Part shown: in pieces, positions 19,985-31,119 of the stretch
How the letters are laid out: every line of letters begins with the position of its first letter
Numbering within the stretch: the stretch's first letter is position 1
Source: Amoeboradix gromovi X-113
Taxonomy: Eukaryota; Fungi; Sanchytriomycota
Direction: 5' to 3'
Assembly: GCA_018985225.1 (NCBI GenBank)
Contig: JADGIF010000006.1
Span: forward strand, 1-32,000
Length of the DNA: 32,000 nucleotides
Translations under genes and position numbers: made by a program
Notes under the pieces: model-generated
Seen by the model: only the letters and a program-made list of their open reading frames with translations
What the model was told of the DNA's origin: nothing
The model's database searches: none

Positions 19985-20915
19985 TTACTTCTTCCTTAAT
20001 ACCACGGCCATATAGAATGTGCAGACTTCCCACAAATTTGGTCTCATTAACTCATCATCTACACTCTTTTTCATCATTCTTTGAAACAGCTCTTTGGACT
20101 GAACATCTTTTATCCCATCTTTATGCATTTTATCAAAGCTCTTCTTTACGACAAGCTCAAATCCTGCTTCAGTGAAAAGGTTCGTAAATTCCTGCCATGG
20201 CACTACATATTCAGGGCAATCCTTCGTTAGAAATAAATACATCAACTGCATCCTGCAAACTGAAGAAGTATTGTCTGCCAAAGACAGACTTCCATTCTTG
20301 CTCGACTCGGACGCTGTAAACATCATTACCAAAGACTCTACCATTTTCGCGCTGACTCGCATTTTGCAATCTGTTAACTATGACATCTTCATTTGGAATA
20401 GTAGCTATCCAATATCCACCACTCTTCAGTACTTGGGAAACATTGTACAGCGCGTTTTTGACTTTCTGAACATTCTCAAAGGCATAATGAAAGCAAAACT
20501 GGGAACTGACTAGATCAAATTTATTCGTTGTTAATTTAGACCAGTTGTACGCGAAACAATCTAACGCTATAAACTTGGAGTCAAAAGGCATCTTCATTTC
20601 TTTGTATCTGCCTATGTTGTCCTTGACGCTTTCCTCAGCAATGTCTAGTCCCATGTAGTACTTGATATTATGATTAGCAAACTTACGAAGATCGCCACCT
20701 TTTCCGCAACCTAGATCAAGCACAAATGCATCTTTTACGATGAATTTCATTATTAAACAACTTTTAATCCAGTTATTGAATGTTCTCAAATCGTAAGTAT
20801 CAGAATACTTACGCTGGTTTTGAGTTTGCTGTTTATGTTGATTGTAATGACTAGCAACCCTTTTTGCTATTATGTGGGGAGGACTCTGTTTACGTTTATT
20901 GCCTATTGTAGACAT
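19985..20915 (-). CDS. ABD1: mRNA cap guanine-N7 methyltransferase, with a 19-nt intron at 20222-20240
   Basis: Motifs are VASHYN, LRTFNNWIKS, VLDLGCGKGGDL and SSQFCFHYAFE. Splicing yields LQDAVDDCPEYVV. Confidence 0.92.
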
Positions 20916-20984
20916 ACAAATGGAGCTCAATATGAAGTAGACTTGGAGCAAAGGAGATGCGAAAAGAAAAAGAATCGGAAAAAC

Positions 20985-21210
20985 AGTTCGATTGCTTTCT
21001 TGAATAAATCATTTATCGCGAATTAGTATGCATTTTTGTATAATTTCAAGACTTTTCCAGATTTTTCCAATAGCTTAAATACTCGATATTCTTCCTTTTT
21101 GCAAATGGTAAATCAATTCTAAAGAAATAACTAGCAGGTACAGCATACATTCTTCAACACTGAGGAACTGGTGCAAGCATGGAAGAATTAGATATCTTTC
21201 GACGCCAGGG
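20985..21210 (+). mobile_element. IS607/Fanzor2 element copy D (left end plus TnpA HTH only)
   Basis: It is the reverse complement of about 16280-16506, begins ACAG|ttcgattgctttcttgaat, and translates SKEITSRYSIHSSTLRNWCKHGRIRYLSTPG. Confidence 0.85.
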
Positions 21211-21418
21211 GTTTTATAGCCAACGAGAAATCCATTTAATTTGATTTGGTTTGACCCATCCAATTTTAAATCTCTGTATACATATTAAGATGAACCCATT
21301 ACTGTTATAGAGCAGTTGCCCTAAAGGCTTACATCTTAAAGTTCCGTCCTGTCTTGATTGGATAAATTTTCATTTTGGAGCTGAAACTTCAAAACGCAAC
21401 GTATTCAGAAATTCACAA

Positions 21419-22276
21419 ATGTCGCTGATGGATTTTGGATTACTATGCTCTAAGAGTACTTTACCAGTCTGTCCGCTATATAAACCAGATGTTATCGCTA
21501 ATTGTTATGCTAGGAATGCTGATCTGGGTTCAGTATTGATATTTCAACCTGCTCTTGGAATGGTCTACTTGGGTGCATTGCTGATGGCCTCAATTATGCT
21601 ATATAATATCAAACAAAAATACACAGCAGTGGGTCGCAGGGAAATTAGCTGGTTTATGTATATTTACATTATTACAATCATTTTGGAGGCTCTGGTGAAC
21701 CATGGATTCTTCCCATCCCAAAATATAGTATACCAAATTATCTGCGCTCTTTATATAGGCCATGTTTTAGGACTATTCGGAGTTTTATTTTACAATGGCC
21801 TGGTGCCTCTCCAACTTATAGAAGATGGCACAAATAAAAGCATGATTATATTATGGACCATATATGCTGTATGTGTTGCTCTGGGTGCTGTGGTGGGATT
21901 TATAACATTCAATAGTAACGGTACGATCGTGTTTCTTTTGATTAATTTGGTTCCACTACTGATAGTTGTACTATATTCATGTATCCAAGTATACATAGTT
22001 CTAACTCGTCTTGATAACAAGTGGCCATTGGGTGCTTTAGTATTTGGATTACTATTTTTTGTAATTGCGATTGGATTTTTATTTACTAGTGACTTGGTAT
22101 GTATTCAAGCATCGCATTATTTAGATGGCCTATTCTTTACCGCCTTATTTATGTTGTTAGCTGTCATGATGTTGTACAAGTACTGGGATTCAATAACAAA
22201 GGAGGATTTGGAATTTAGTGTTGGTGGCAATAATAATTGGGAAACAAAAAGATTAATTGACGACTCATATGAGTGA
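21419..22276 (+). CDS. CHS7: Chitin synthase export chaperone Chs7
   Basis: Motifs are C..STLPVC, CYARN, KYTAVGRREI, QLIEDGT, HYLDGLFF and MMLYKYWDSITKEDLEFSVG. Confidence 0.95.
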   Translation: MSLMDFGLLCSKSTLPVCPLYKPDVIANCYARNADLGSVLIFQPALGMVYLGALLMASIMLYNIKQKYTAVGRREISWFMYIYIITIILEALVNHGFFPSQNIVYQIICALYIGHVLGLFGVLFYNGLVPLQLIEDGTNKSMIILWTIYAVCVALGAVVGFITFNSNGTIVFLLINLVPLLIVVLYSCIQVYIVLTRLDNKWPLGALVFGLLFFVIAIGFLFTSDLVCIQASHYLDGLFFTALFMLLAVMMLYKYWDSITKEDLEFSVGGNNNWETKRLIDDSYE

Positions 22277-22347
22277 GCATCAAATGAATAAATGATTTTT
22301 AAATTATACCTTTTTTGTGGGTGGCTCAAAGTCTTTTATTCAATCGA

Positions 22348-24807
22348 ATGATGGATATGAATTTGTCACCAGCATCTGTTGATGGAACCTTGTATTTAGC
22401 AAATACAATTTATCCGTACAAAATCAAGACCAAAGACGCGTCAATGGGATTGTATGTAGATGATGAACAAATTATATTAGACGAAAATCAGATGGCAGTT
22501 TTAAAAAGTAATCTAGACTATGCGAGTAAAGCAATACCTTTGACCACAGACGAAAACAAGGATTTCTTTGCTATAAAAAGAAGATTCAAACTCGATGAAA
22601 TGAAGAAATCTAGAAGTACTAATGTGATTGTGGATAAAGCTGTTTCAAAGAAACACGCACCGGAAGATTCCACTATCTTACTGACCTGCTTAAAAGTTCC
22701 TTTTTTAAGTGGTCAGGTCTATCCAGGTACTAGCAAAGGAAAAAGTCCTATACAGTTAGGTTTAAGTCATAATGTTCTGAAATTATATTCTGTAAATGAC
22801 AAATTGCAAGAGCCTTTTGATGCTTATCCTTTATCAAGTAACGTCAGTAGTTTCTTGGATGAAAATAACCCTAATTTTTTTAAAGTGCTGTTTCCAAAAA
22901 TTACACTAATTTTTGAAGCTTTAACATCACATCAGTCTGCGATGTGGGTATCCCTTTTAAACACTTCTTGTCTCTATTTAAATATATTGGAGGAGTCATT
23001 AAACATTGATGTGAATGTACTGGAGAGAACATATAAAAGCACTTTTCCAGACGCTATGCCAGTTACAGAGCTAGATTCAGATAAAGAATTAGAGCTGCTG
23101 AACACTGTACTAAATGATTACAATATTCCTCCGAACTATGAGTCGCATGCTAATCCAGTTGCCTATGATTTTTTCGCCATTCTTCCAAGCCCAAAGAAAG
23201 CAGTTCATTCTCCCGCCGATGCTCCAAAAGAATTAGAAATATTGATGAACTTGCAATCTGACGAATATCTAGCTAATAGGAACAGTGAGAAGAGACTCAG
23301 CAGGCTTACAAGCATGGTTAGTGAAGAGGTTCATAAAAGTGGTTATGGTAGTCTCAGTAGAAATTCCATTGGAATAAGTGGTAACGAATTGAGAAGTGTC
23401 ACAATTGAGGAAGACGCAGCTATAATTACAATGTCAAGACACAAATCAAAGCCGCGGAACATGCAGGAGCTATCGCCAATTTCATTGACAACGGACCCTA
23501 TAGTTGCTGAGCCATCTGAAAATTTTCAAAATGATGAGATATTAAAGATGTTGATGTTGTTTCCAGATCAGAGAATTGTAGAAAATGTAATAACAGAATC
23601 TACACCTCCTGAAGAGCAGAGCAACCAATTACATTCTATTGCCAAAATCGATGACTTCGGAAGACCAACGATTATTTATACGGTTGAGAACTATGAAAGA
23701 GGAATACTGGCTTGTTCTTTAGACGTTTTAATCGATTTATTGGCGAATCAGACTAAGCCGGCAGAGGAATATTGGCTATGGTTAAGTTTTTTAAATACAC
23801 CAGTTTTTACAAGTTGCCTAGTAATTATGAAGAGATTTATAGCTAGAATAAATACAAGTCCTGATGGAACTGAAGAGCAAAAATTTACAATTAGAGTGCG
23901 TCTACTTAGGGCTTTATTCCACTGGTACGAGTGGTTTCCGAACGATTTCAAGAGTGCAGAAATGGATGTACTTTACACGGCATTTTTGAACCTCATTTCG
24001 AAAGTCCGTAATGAGGAAAATAGTAGAAAGTTGAGCAACACCTGTGAAAAACTCTTGTATGTTTTTGAAAATAAAGTACTTTGCAAATTAACTTAGCTGA
24101 CTGTTAGGACTGAGATGAATCATCATAAAGACAGTATAAAGTTACCAGGAACTGAAATATTGCCTCGCGAGTACTCTCCGCAATTGTTTGCTCAAGAATA
24201 TACAAAACTTGACTTTTACTTCTTTTCTCGAATAAGCCCAAAAGAATTTATATATCAATTACATACCAAAGACAGAGAGGCTATAATGCCGCTCATGAAC
24301 GCAATATCTTTTTTCAACAAAATGACACTTTGGTTTGCGAATTGTTATGAAAATGAGATCTCAGATGCAAAATTAATTTACATTGAATGGCTTGTGTTGG
24401 TAGCGAAAGAATTTGAATATTTAAATAACTTCAATGGCTTGATGGCCGCCATACTAGCTTGGAATCAATTAGAAGTGACGGCAACGTCAGAAGAGCTGGG
24501 GCTGGAAATAAAAAGACTGGAGGACCTAATGAGTTTTCACGCAAATTACAAAAATTATAGAACCTCATTGGAGCAAACAAAAACTCCATGTATACCTTTT
24601 TTAGGTTTATTTATTAAGGATTTGTACCTCATAGAAGAGTATAACAGCTCAATGATTGACAACTTAATAAACATCTCAAAACTAAATTTGATAAGTGAGA
24701 GGTGTAGGCGGCTGAAAATATGGCAATCTGTGCCATATAAATTTCACGACAGCAAGGAAGGACTGGAGCTATACAGCTTGTTAGAATCGATGAAAAACAC
24801 AAAATAA
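22348..24807 (+). CDS. Ras guanine-nucleotide exchange factor (PH-like, REM, CDC25 domains), with a 21-nt intron at 24076-24096
   Basis: The REM region reads ILACSLDVLIDLL..FLNT..F..RVRLLRALFHW..WFPNDF. The CDC25 region reads FAQEYT, LNNFNGLMA, NYKNYR and PCIPFLGLFIKDL. The two ORFs join in frame after removing GTACTTTGCAAATTAACTTAG. Confidence 0.88.
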
Positions 24808-24812
24808 ATTTA

Positions 24813-25094
24813 TTATTTCTCTACTAGTTGCTCTTGAACCGTGATATAAAGAAAGCACATGCTGCTAGTACTCATTAAATACATCCACCGTGGCATCATT
24901 GCGTCGCTTTCTGTCTTTTTACTAGTCATGTAGGCTCTGAAATTGAACATCATTGATAAAAGAAGAAAATAAGGTTGTTTCCCAATAATAGAGAGCATAC
25001 TAGCAAAGAGTGAAAGCATAGAGGTCATATCTGGCAATTCTGGACCCTGTTTTAACCTGTAAAATTGTAATGGTGAAAGAGGAGTTTGATTCAT
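24813..25094 (-). CDS. PAT complex subunit Asterix (WDR83OS/UPF0139)-like small membrane protein
   Basis: This 93-aa protein has a Y..(P)..PD..S.L....SM.....K pattern, hydrophobic segments and the size typical of Asterix. Confidence 0.55.
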   Translation of the reverse strand: MNQTPLSPLQFYRLKQGPELPDMTSMLSLFASMLSIIGKQPYFLLLSMMFNFRAYMTSKKTESDAMMPRWMYLMSTSSMCFLYITVQEQLVEK

Positions 25095-25606
25095 GGTGTT
25101 TTAAATCATCTCCAAATAAACGTAAGCTTTCGTCGAATCAAACACTAAATTCTTAAAAAACTAAACATTTTGCAGCCCGCAATAGTGTTTCATGTGTAAC
25201 ATCGGTATTATATTAATTCTAACTTACTACTAGAACCTTTACTAAGAATTCACAATTGGACAAAAACAAGATAATCCGGCTTTCTTGTCTATGAAAAACA
25301 ACTAAAAAGATATAAGTAGAACGTAATGAATCATTTACCAACATACTATGAAGCTAATGTTCGGAATACACTCATCGCTGTTCAATACCGCTTTAGTGTA
25401 GTAATCGTGAGCTGCCATTTGAACTAACAACTAGTGTTGTCATTTTTTTCTATTGAAATTCTTTATTTTCCACCAAATTAGTGGCTGATGAGAAGTCCGT
25501 TGCTAGAGCTGATAAATTTTTGCACTTGTGCCTCCTTTCATAGCTCTGCATGCATTGCATGTAAGTGATTTCAATAAGAATCGAAAACTTGAGTTTGAAA
25601 CAAACC

Positions 25607-26416
25607 ATGCCCATTCTTTTTTCAGAATATCGATCTTCAGCCATCGACTCTTTATTTATCTTAATACATGGCGGTGGATATACCTTAGAAACCTGGTACC
25701 CTATGCTTCAATTTATTTCTGTTGATGTACAATACTTACTCGTTGATCTTCGAAACCATGGTAAATCATTCAATGACGACGATTCCAGTTTGGAAAGCAT
25801 GGCTGCAGATATAAAAGATACCTTTGAATTTTACAACCTCGCGGTCAAAAACGTAGTGGTAATTGGTCATTCTTTAGGTGCAGCTCTTGCAATACATCTG
25901 GCAGTTAATAAATTAATTCCAAACATCATAGGGATCGTTGATGTTGACGTCGTAGAAGGATCAGCAATAGCGGCGCTGAAATACATGAAGGACGTGATTC
26001 GAAAACGACCTGAGCAGTTTAGTTCAATAGAGGAAGCCATTAAATGGGCAACTGAGACAAAATACCTATCAGAGAGTGTGGCCGAGTTGTCATTGTCAAA
26101 TCAACTCATTAGGAATGGTGAAAGTTATATATGGAGGACAAATTTATTGAAAACTGAGATTTTTTGGCAAGACTGGTTCAATGATTTGAGTTCCAAATTT
26201 CTGAATTGCAGATGCGGAAAATTGCTAATACTGGCATCTACCAATAGATTAGATACAACTCTGACAATAGCCCAAATGCAAGGCAAATTTCAATTAGAAA
26301 TACTTCCATATGGCCATGCACTTCATGAAGAATCGCCCGAAGCGTTTGCAGCAATACTCGTGCAATTCTATCAAAGGCAATTGCCAATAAAACTACCCCC
26401 AAAGTTTTACAAATAA
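25607..26416 (+). CDS. PPE1: Protein phosphatase methylesterase 1
   Basis: Motifs are HGGGY, DLRNHG, GHSLG, DVVEGSA, WRTNL..TE.FW, LD..LTIAQMQGKFQL and GHALHEE. Confidence 0.93.
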   Translation: MPILFSEYRSSAIDSLFILIHGGGYTLETWYPMLQFISVDVQYLLVDLRNHGKSFNDDDSSLESMAADIKDTFEFYNLAVKNVVVIGHSLGAALAIHLAVNKLIPNIIGIVDVDVVEGSAIAALKYMKDVIRKRPEQFSSIEEAIKWATETKYLSESVAELSLSNQLIRNGESYIWRTNLLKTEIFWQDWFNDLSSKFLNCRCGKLLILASTNRLDTTLTIAQMQGKFQLEILPYGHALHEESPEAFAAILVQFYQRQLPIKLPPKFYK

Positions 26417-26724
26417 AACTTTTATTTAAATTTGAAAGCCTTTTGATCTTAAACAGGCCTGATGTGCTAGTATTTCGCCGCCACAGCTGTCCTCTCCTTT
26501 CATTAAAACACATTTATCTCGCAAAGTTCTGGTCAGCTTGCATGCGCAACATGGCTTAGCATCGTCATTATTGGAATCTTTAGAGGACATTTGGAGTTTT
26601 ATAGCAAGGGGTCAATCTTTCATGGAAATAATGTGCATTGCCAATTTTAAACAAAGTGATGCGTTGACCGGAAATGACTTCAACGTATTAAGAATCATGA
26701 GTATAAAAATAAAATGAAATGCTT

Positions 26725-27222
26725 TTATTTTGCAGGAATTTCTATACTACCGTCAGTAATACCATCGCTAACCTCTTTAGGAGACTTGCCATCAACTGTA
26801 CAACCAACGCTGAATGCAGTTCCTAAAATTTCCTTTACATTTCCCTTAAATTCACGAGCATAGCTCTTGTCTCTCATCTCTCTAGCGATATCCATAATTT
26901 TAGATAATGGCACATCTCCATTATGCAATATATTCTTCTCCTTTTTCTTATCACGGGGAGGTTCATTAAGTGCTTTAATAACAAGAGAGCTGGCAGCCGG
27001 TAGTACACTACAAGTAGCTTGTCTATTTTGAATTTTCAACTGAACAGTAACACGTAATCCTTTCCATTGTGCAGTTGATTTTGCGATATCTTCACCAACT
27101 TTCTTAGGTGATAAACCAAGTGGACCAATTTTAGGAGCTAATGCAGATCCACCCGGAACTTCGCCACCAGTGACTCTTAAATTTACATATATAATCTCAG
27201 TTGGATCAAATTTTGGAGGCAT
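26725..27222 (-). CDS. RPL12: 60S ribosomal protein L12 (uL11)
   Basis: The sequence MPPKFDP...[27 protein letters not shown]...[16 protein letters not shown] is diagnostic. Confidence 0.98.
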   Translation of the reverse strand: MPPKFDPTEIIYVNLRVTGGEVPGGSALAPKIGPLGLSPKKVGEDIAKSTAQWKGLRVTVQLKIQNRQATCSVLPAASSLVIKALNEPPRDKKKEKNILHNGDVPLSKIMDIAREMRDKSYAREFKGNVKEILGTAFSVGCTVDGKSPKEVSDGITDGSIEIPAK

Positions 27223-27526
27223 TTCTCAACCTAACGGTCTAGAGCTCGCATGATATATACACGTGTTATGTCCAATCAAACAGCTTTCCCCTTGCAACTA
27301 ATACCTTGTGCATTAATTTAATGATAATTATAGCCGAAAGCAAGCAAAAGGTCAAGTGAACTGTTTCTTTGTCGCGCCTCTTATTGTTTGCTTTAAACTT
27401 AGTGCCGCAGATATCCTGAAATATGTTCATATGTTCACTATGTTTCAAATTTTTAATGTGTCTGGATTTAGCAACATGCTACGCAATTAGAGATGTGTAT
27501 ATAAGAACTTCAGAATCCGATTGCAG

Positions 27527-27772
27527 ATGATCCCGAACCACATTAAAGCCGTTCAACAATCAATGTCTAAGCTGAAAAATGAAAATATCGAATTGCGGAA
27601 AAAAGCTTTAATAATGACTACCCTTGACAGAATGATGCTGGAACATCCGGTACAATATTGTAAGGCCATTTATACCAAGAATTATAAGAATATACTTTGT
27701 AAGATGATTAAATGCGGAGTCGCAAGTGAAAAATCAATATTGCACGATAAAGTAGTAAATCTTATTCTGTAG
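27527..27772 (+). CDS. Small protein with SERTA-like motif
   Basis: QSMSKL..ELRKKALIMTTLDRM..EHP is shared with the ORF at 30602-30832. Confidence 0.5.
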   Translation: MIPNHIKAVQQSMSKLKNENIELRKKALIMTTLDRMMLEHPVQYCKAIYTKNYKNILCKMIKCGVASEKSILHDKVVNLIL

Positions 27773-27864
27773 TAACGTCAATACAGTTTTAGGATATTTT
27801 AGAATATCAATTTTGTTATTTTGTCTTTTTTATTCGTGTAAAATTATTTTAGGGGATAAAACAG

Positions 27865-28935
27865 ATGATTAAAACGGTCCCAACTTCCAACTCTCTAGGT
27901 GTGCTTCAATTGTTTGTAAAAGAGGGCGGCTCTAGAAACCTAAAGCCAGGCGTTTCTTCAATGCTAGGATATTTTGGATACAGCGGAAATGAAAACTTAA
28001 CACAATTAAAAATTGCCAGAGAGGCAGAATTGCGCGGTGTAGCATTCTCTTATACAGTTGAACGTGACTACTTAGCGTTTAAAGCGCAGTTTTTAAAAAC
28101 AGAATTATCGTTTGTAATGGATGTTTTTAAAAATTTACAAAATGTTGAGTATGTTGAATACAAGTACAAAGATATCAAGATCAAAGCTGAAAATGAATCT
28201 TGGGGTGCCTTTAGTACAAAGAATACCTTTGTCGAAGAATATTTGCATCTGCTGTCATTTCGTGGACAACCTCTAGGGGAAAGCATTTATCCAAAGTCCC
28301 CAGTTTCTCTATCCGACATTAAATCTGCCGCGTCCAGTGTTTTTAGAAACTCTCAGATTTTAGGTATTGGATTCGAAAAGAGTGAATTAGAGAAATTTGA
28401 ATTGTCTTTAGGAAAAGCAAAACCATCTGAAATAGCTAAATTTGTAGGTGGTGAGACAGTGATTCATAAACCGTTTGCTAGTACCGTTGCAATTGCCATC
28501 CCTATAAGCAATTCCGCAGATGCTGATGCTTTAAGAAATAGCTTGGGTGATACCACTCCGAGAGTCAAGTATGGTAACTCCGCTAGCTTAATGAGCAGAT
28601 CAGCTCCTAAAGATGTTTTAATTACTACTAAAGCCTGTCACCACGAAAATTCTCCATCTTTACTTCAATTTGCCATAACTGCAAATACCGCAGACCAGTT
28701 TAAAGCGAGCTACATCGCAATTCAAGAGGCTCTTGGGAATGTCAAAGAATCCCTACCTGTTTTGCCTAATGATACAGCAAATGGCAAGTTGAAAGAGTTA
28801 ATTAACGAGGAATTAGGCCTTAAACTGGGGAAAGGAAATGTTGTAAAAGGTGCAAAAGAAGCACTGGCAAATATTAAATCCCTTAAGAGCATTGTGTATG
28901 TAGGAGACGTTAATCATATTCCCAAATTTCAATAA
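27865..28935 (+). CDS. QCR2: Ubiquinol-cytochrome c reductase core protein 2 (M16 family, non-catalytic)
   Basis: Motifs are GGSR..KPGVS..L, LKIAREAELRG, RDYL...AQFLK and a C-terminal VGDVNHIP. Confidence 0.8.
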   Translation: MIKTVPTSNSLGVLQLFVKEGGSRNLKPGVSSMLGYFGYSGNENLTQLKIAREAELRGVAFSYTVERDYLAFKAQFLKTELSFVMDVFKNLQNVEYVEYKYKDIKIKAENESWGAFSTKNTFVEEYLHLLSFRGQPLGESIYPKSPVSLSDIKSAASSVFRNSQILGIGFEKSELEKFELSLGKAKPSEIAKFVGGETVIHKPFASTVAIAIPISNSADADALRNSLGDTTPRVKYGNSASLMSRSAPKDVLITTKACHHENSPSLLQFAITANTADQFKASYIAIQEALGNVKESLPVLPNDTANGKLKELINEELGLKLGKGNVVKGAKEALANIKSLKSIVYVGDVNHIPKFQ

Positions 28936-28967
28936 ATTGCCTATTAAACATAGTTATAATTATTTAT

Positions 28968-29093
28968 TTAGTGATTCTTTTCATCTTGCTCGTTAGCTTG
29001 GTATGCATAAAGCATAATTAGAGACATCATTGCAAATCCAACAATGTTTATGAAGAAACCAAGTTGATCATCACTTATTGGAGAGGCGGACAT
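28968..29093 (-). CDS. OST4: Oligosaccharyltransferase subunit 4 (41 aa; missed by the ORF track)
   Basis: MSASPISDDQLGFFINIVGFAMMSLIMLYAYQANEQDEKNH matches the OST4 pattern ISD.QL.....G..MM.LI..Y. Confidence 0.85.
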   Translation of the reverse strand: MSASPISDDQLGFFINIVGFAMMSLIMLYAYQANEQDEKNH

Positions 29094-29919
29094 CTGTGTG
29101 GAAAATTAATGTGCATGCAATTTATAAAGACAAAAACCCTAATATTAACTCCATTAAGCTGTTGCGTCCAATTTGTGATCGCACGCTAACTTGTTAATTA
29201 TTTTTTATGCTCAGTAGGGCATGTTTGACATCTATAACTTTAAGAGATTATAAGGAGACCCTAATTATTTCAACTTTCCCAATGTTTTTTAGTACCTTAA
29301 GTTAAAAATGAAGCCACATTAGATGTATACATGACCTATATGTTGGGATAGGGCTCAAAGGAGAAACACTATCCATTAGTAACTCTATATCGCGGCTTAC
29401 AGTGTTTTCAAGCGAAGTACATACAACTGCAAATATAATTAATAGTTCATCAGTAAATTTTGTAAGTTAAGAAGTACGGAAAAAATTAAATAGAGGTTAG
29501 CAATTTGAATGTTTTGTGGAAAGTGTACTAAGTATAGTAGCGGGTGACAAAAAGAAGAATAGCTAATTATTGGATTTTCCAAACACCATCAAAAAGTGAC
29601 GAAGCTGTAAAAAGTCTTAAAAAGCTATTGCAATAACATTGGGATTATCAGTAATACCAGAATAGTTAATTAAGATTAGTACAAACATGTGAAAAGCTTT
29701 CGTTTCGAAAGATATTGGTTGTGGAATTACAGAGAGAAATTGAAAAAAAGTAATGCACCATATAATCGCGATTACAAACACAATAGAAAGAGCCATTGCA
29801 TGTGATGTAGCTGAGATATAATATTTGTAAAATTAAGACCAAATCGGCAAAAAGATTATGGTAAAACAACTGCCTAATTTATCGGCAGTGAAAAAAGGAG
29901 TACAGGTAAAAACTGATTT

Positions 29920-30064
29920 TTTTATATTTTCTTTGTCCTCCTCCTTAAAAGTCCAGATTTCCGAGAAAATCGAGAAATTCCACAGAAAAACTAGCAATGC
30001 TAGATCTCAGTTACAGTGATTGCTCACGCTTTCACTACCCTGAGGCGGGATTGAATAAGGATGC
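29920..30064 (-). ncRNA. Candidate omegaRNA of copy C (guide GACAAAGAAAATATAAAA)
   Basis: The conserved scaffold contains GTGA-GCAA-TCAC and CTAGC-ATT-GCTAG hairpins. Confidence 0.55.
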
Positions 30065-30504
30065 ATATACTTGATGTATATGTTCCTTGCTGCCATATGA
30101 TCTCTATCTACCTTCAAATGACACTTTGTACAGGTTCAGGTTTCTAAATTAGTTTTCTTTAGAGTACCATACCTCGTACATGGCATCGAATTTGTTCCTT
30201 GGTGCCATGTGGTCCATGTCCACTTCCAAACCACACTATGTACATGAGTAGCTCTCCAAATTGGTTTTCTTTAGAGTTCCACATACTGTACATGGCATCG
30301 AATTTCCGTGTTTGGACCAGCTTATCAGTCTGAGACGAATCTATGCTGTACCTATTAGTTATTTATTTAAAATTGATTTACCGTTTGCGAAGAGGAAGAA
30401 TATCTAGTGTTTAAGCCATTAGAAAAATCTGGAAAAGTCTTGAAATGATACAAAAATATATACAAATTCGCGATAAATGATTTATTCAAGAAAATAGTCA
30501 AGCT
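29938..30504 (-). mobile_element. Non-autonomous IS607/Fanzor2 element, copy C (both ends present)
   Basis: It is highly similar to copy B, including the duplicated Zn finger and KVDRDHMAARNIYIKY. The left end is ACAG|cttgactattttcttgaat and the right end is ttttaaggaggag. Confidence 0.9.
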
Positions 30505-30601
30505 GTCACGATATCATGAATCTATCAATTTTCTATCAGCCAATCAACTGTCTCATCATTTCTGTTTTCAAGAGCACCTCCTTGAAAATCTCAATTTGGA
30601 A

Positions 30602-30832
30602 ATGATTTGTTGGTCGGATCTATTAGAAAACTCTGATAGTTTCCCGCCATGCAAAGACGAAGTAGAACAGGTTCATTCTATTCAAGTGAGTCTATTAAAG
30701 TTAGCTCGTCCAAGGCATCGAGAGGATTTATTAAAACAAATTCTAATAAGTAAAACCCTGGACAGGATGTCATCCGAACATCCAGAACTAATGAAATATC
30801 ACTACCTCGGTCACAAGTTTAAAATTAAGTAA
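30602..30832 (+). CDS. Small protein with SERTA-like motif
   Basis: The sequence reads QVSLLKL.....EDLLKQILISKTLDRM..EHP. Confidence 0.5.
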   Translation: MICWSDLLENSDSFPPCKDEVEQVHSIQVSLLKLARPRHREDLLKQILISKTLDRMSSEHPELMKYHYLGHKFKIK

Positions 30833-31119
30833 ATTCAGATTCCTTTCAATGTTTTGTTCTACAGCTATAGGAACTCAACGCGTGTATCTGAAAATTATTC
30901 TGTGTAATCTCTAAGTTTGACATCCTTCAGCAAAATGAAGTCGCTTTGAGATATAATCAATTAAAGCAAGTGCTTATTGGGCATAGGTCTCGTTGCAAAC
31001 TAAAATCTAACTAGTTTGTTGCAGAGTTGGATTCCTAATTTTGATGCGAATGCCAACTGTTCACAACTAGTAAATCTATAAAGCGAATCAACCCAGACGA
31101 TCTTACTAGTTGATATAAA

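Noticed and set aside
25295-25345. Possible eighth element fragment (gaacgtaatgaatcatttac matches the ECNESFT codons of copy B)
   Set aside because: The match is only ~20 nt in AT-rich DNA and could not be extended by eye.
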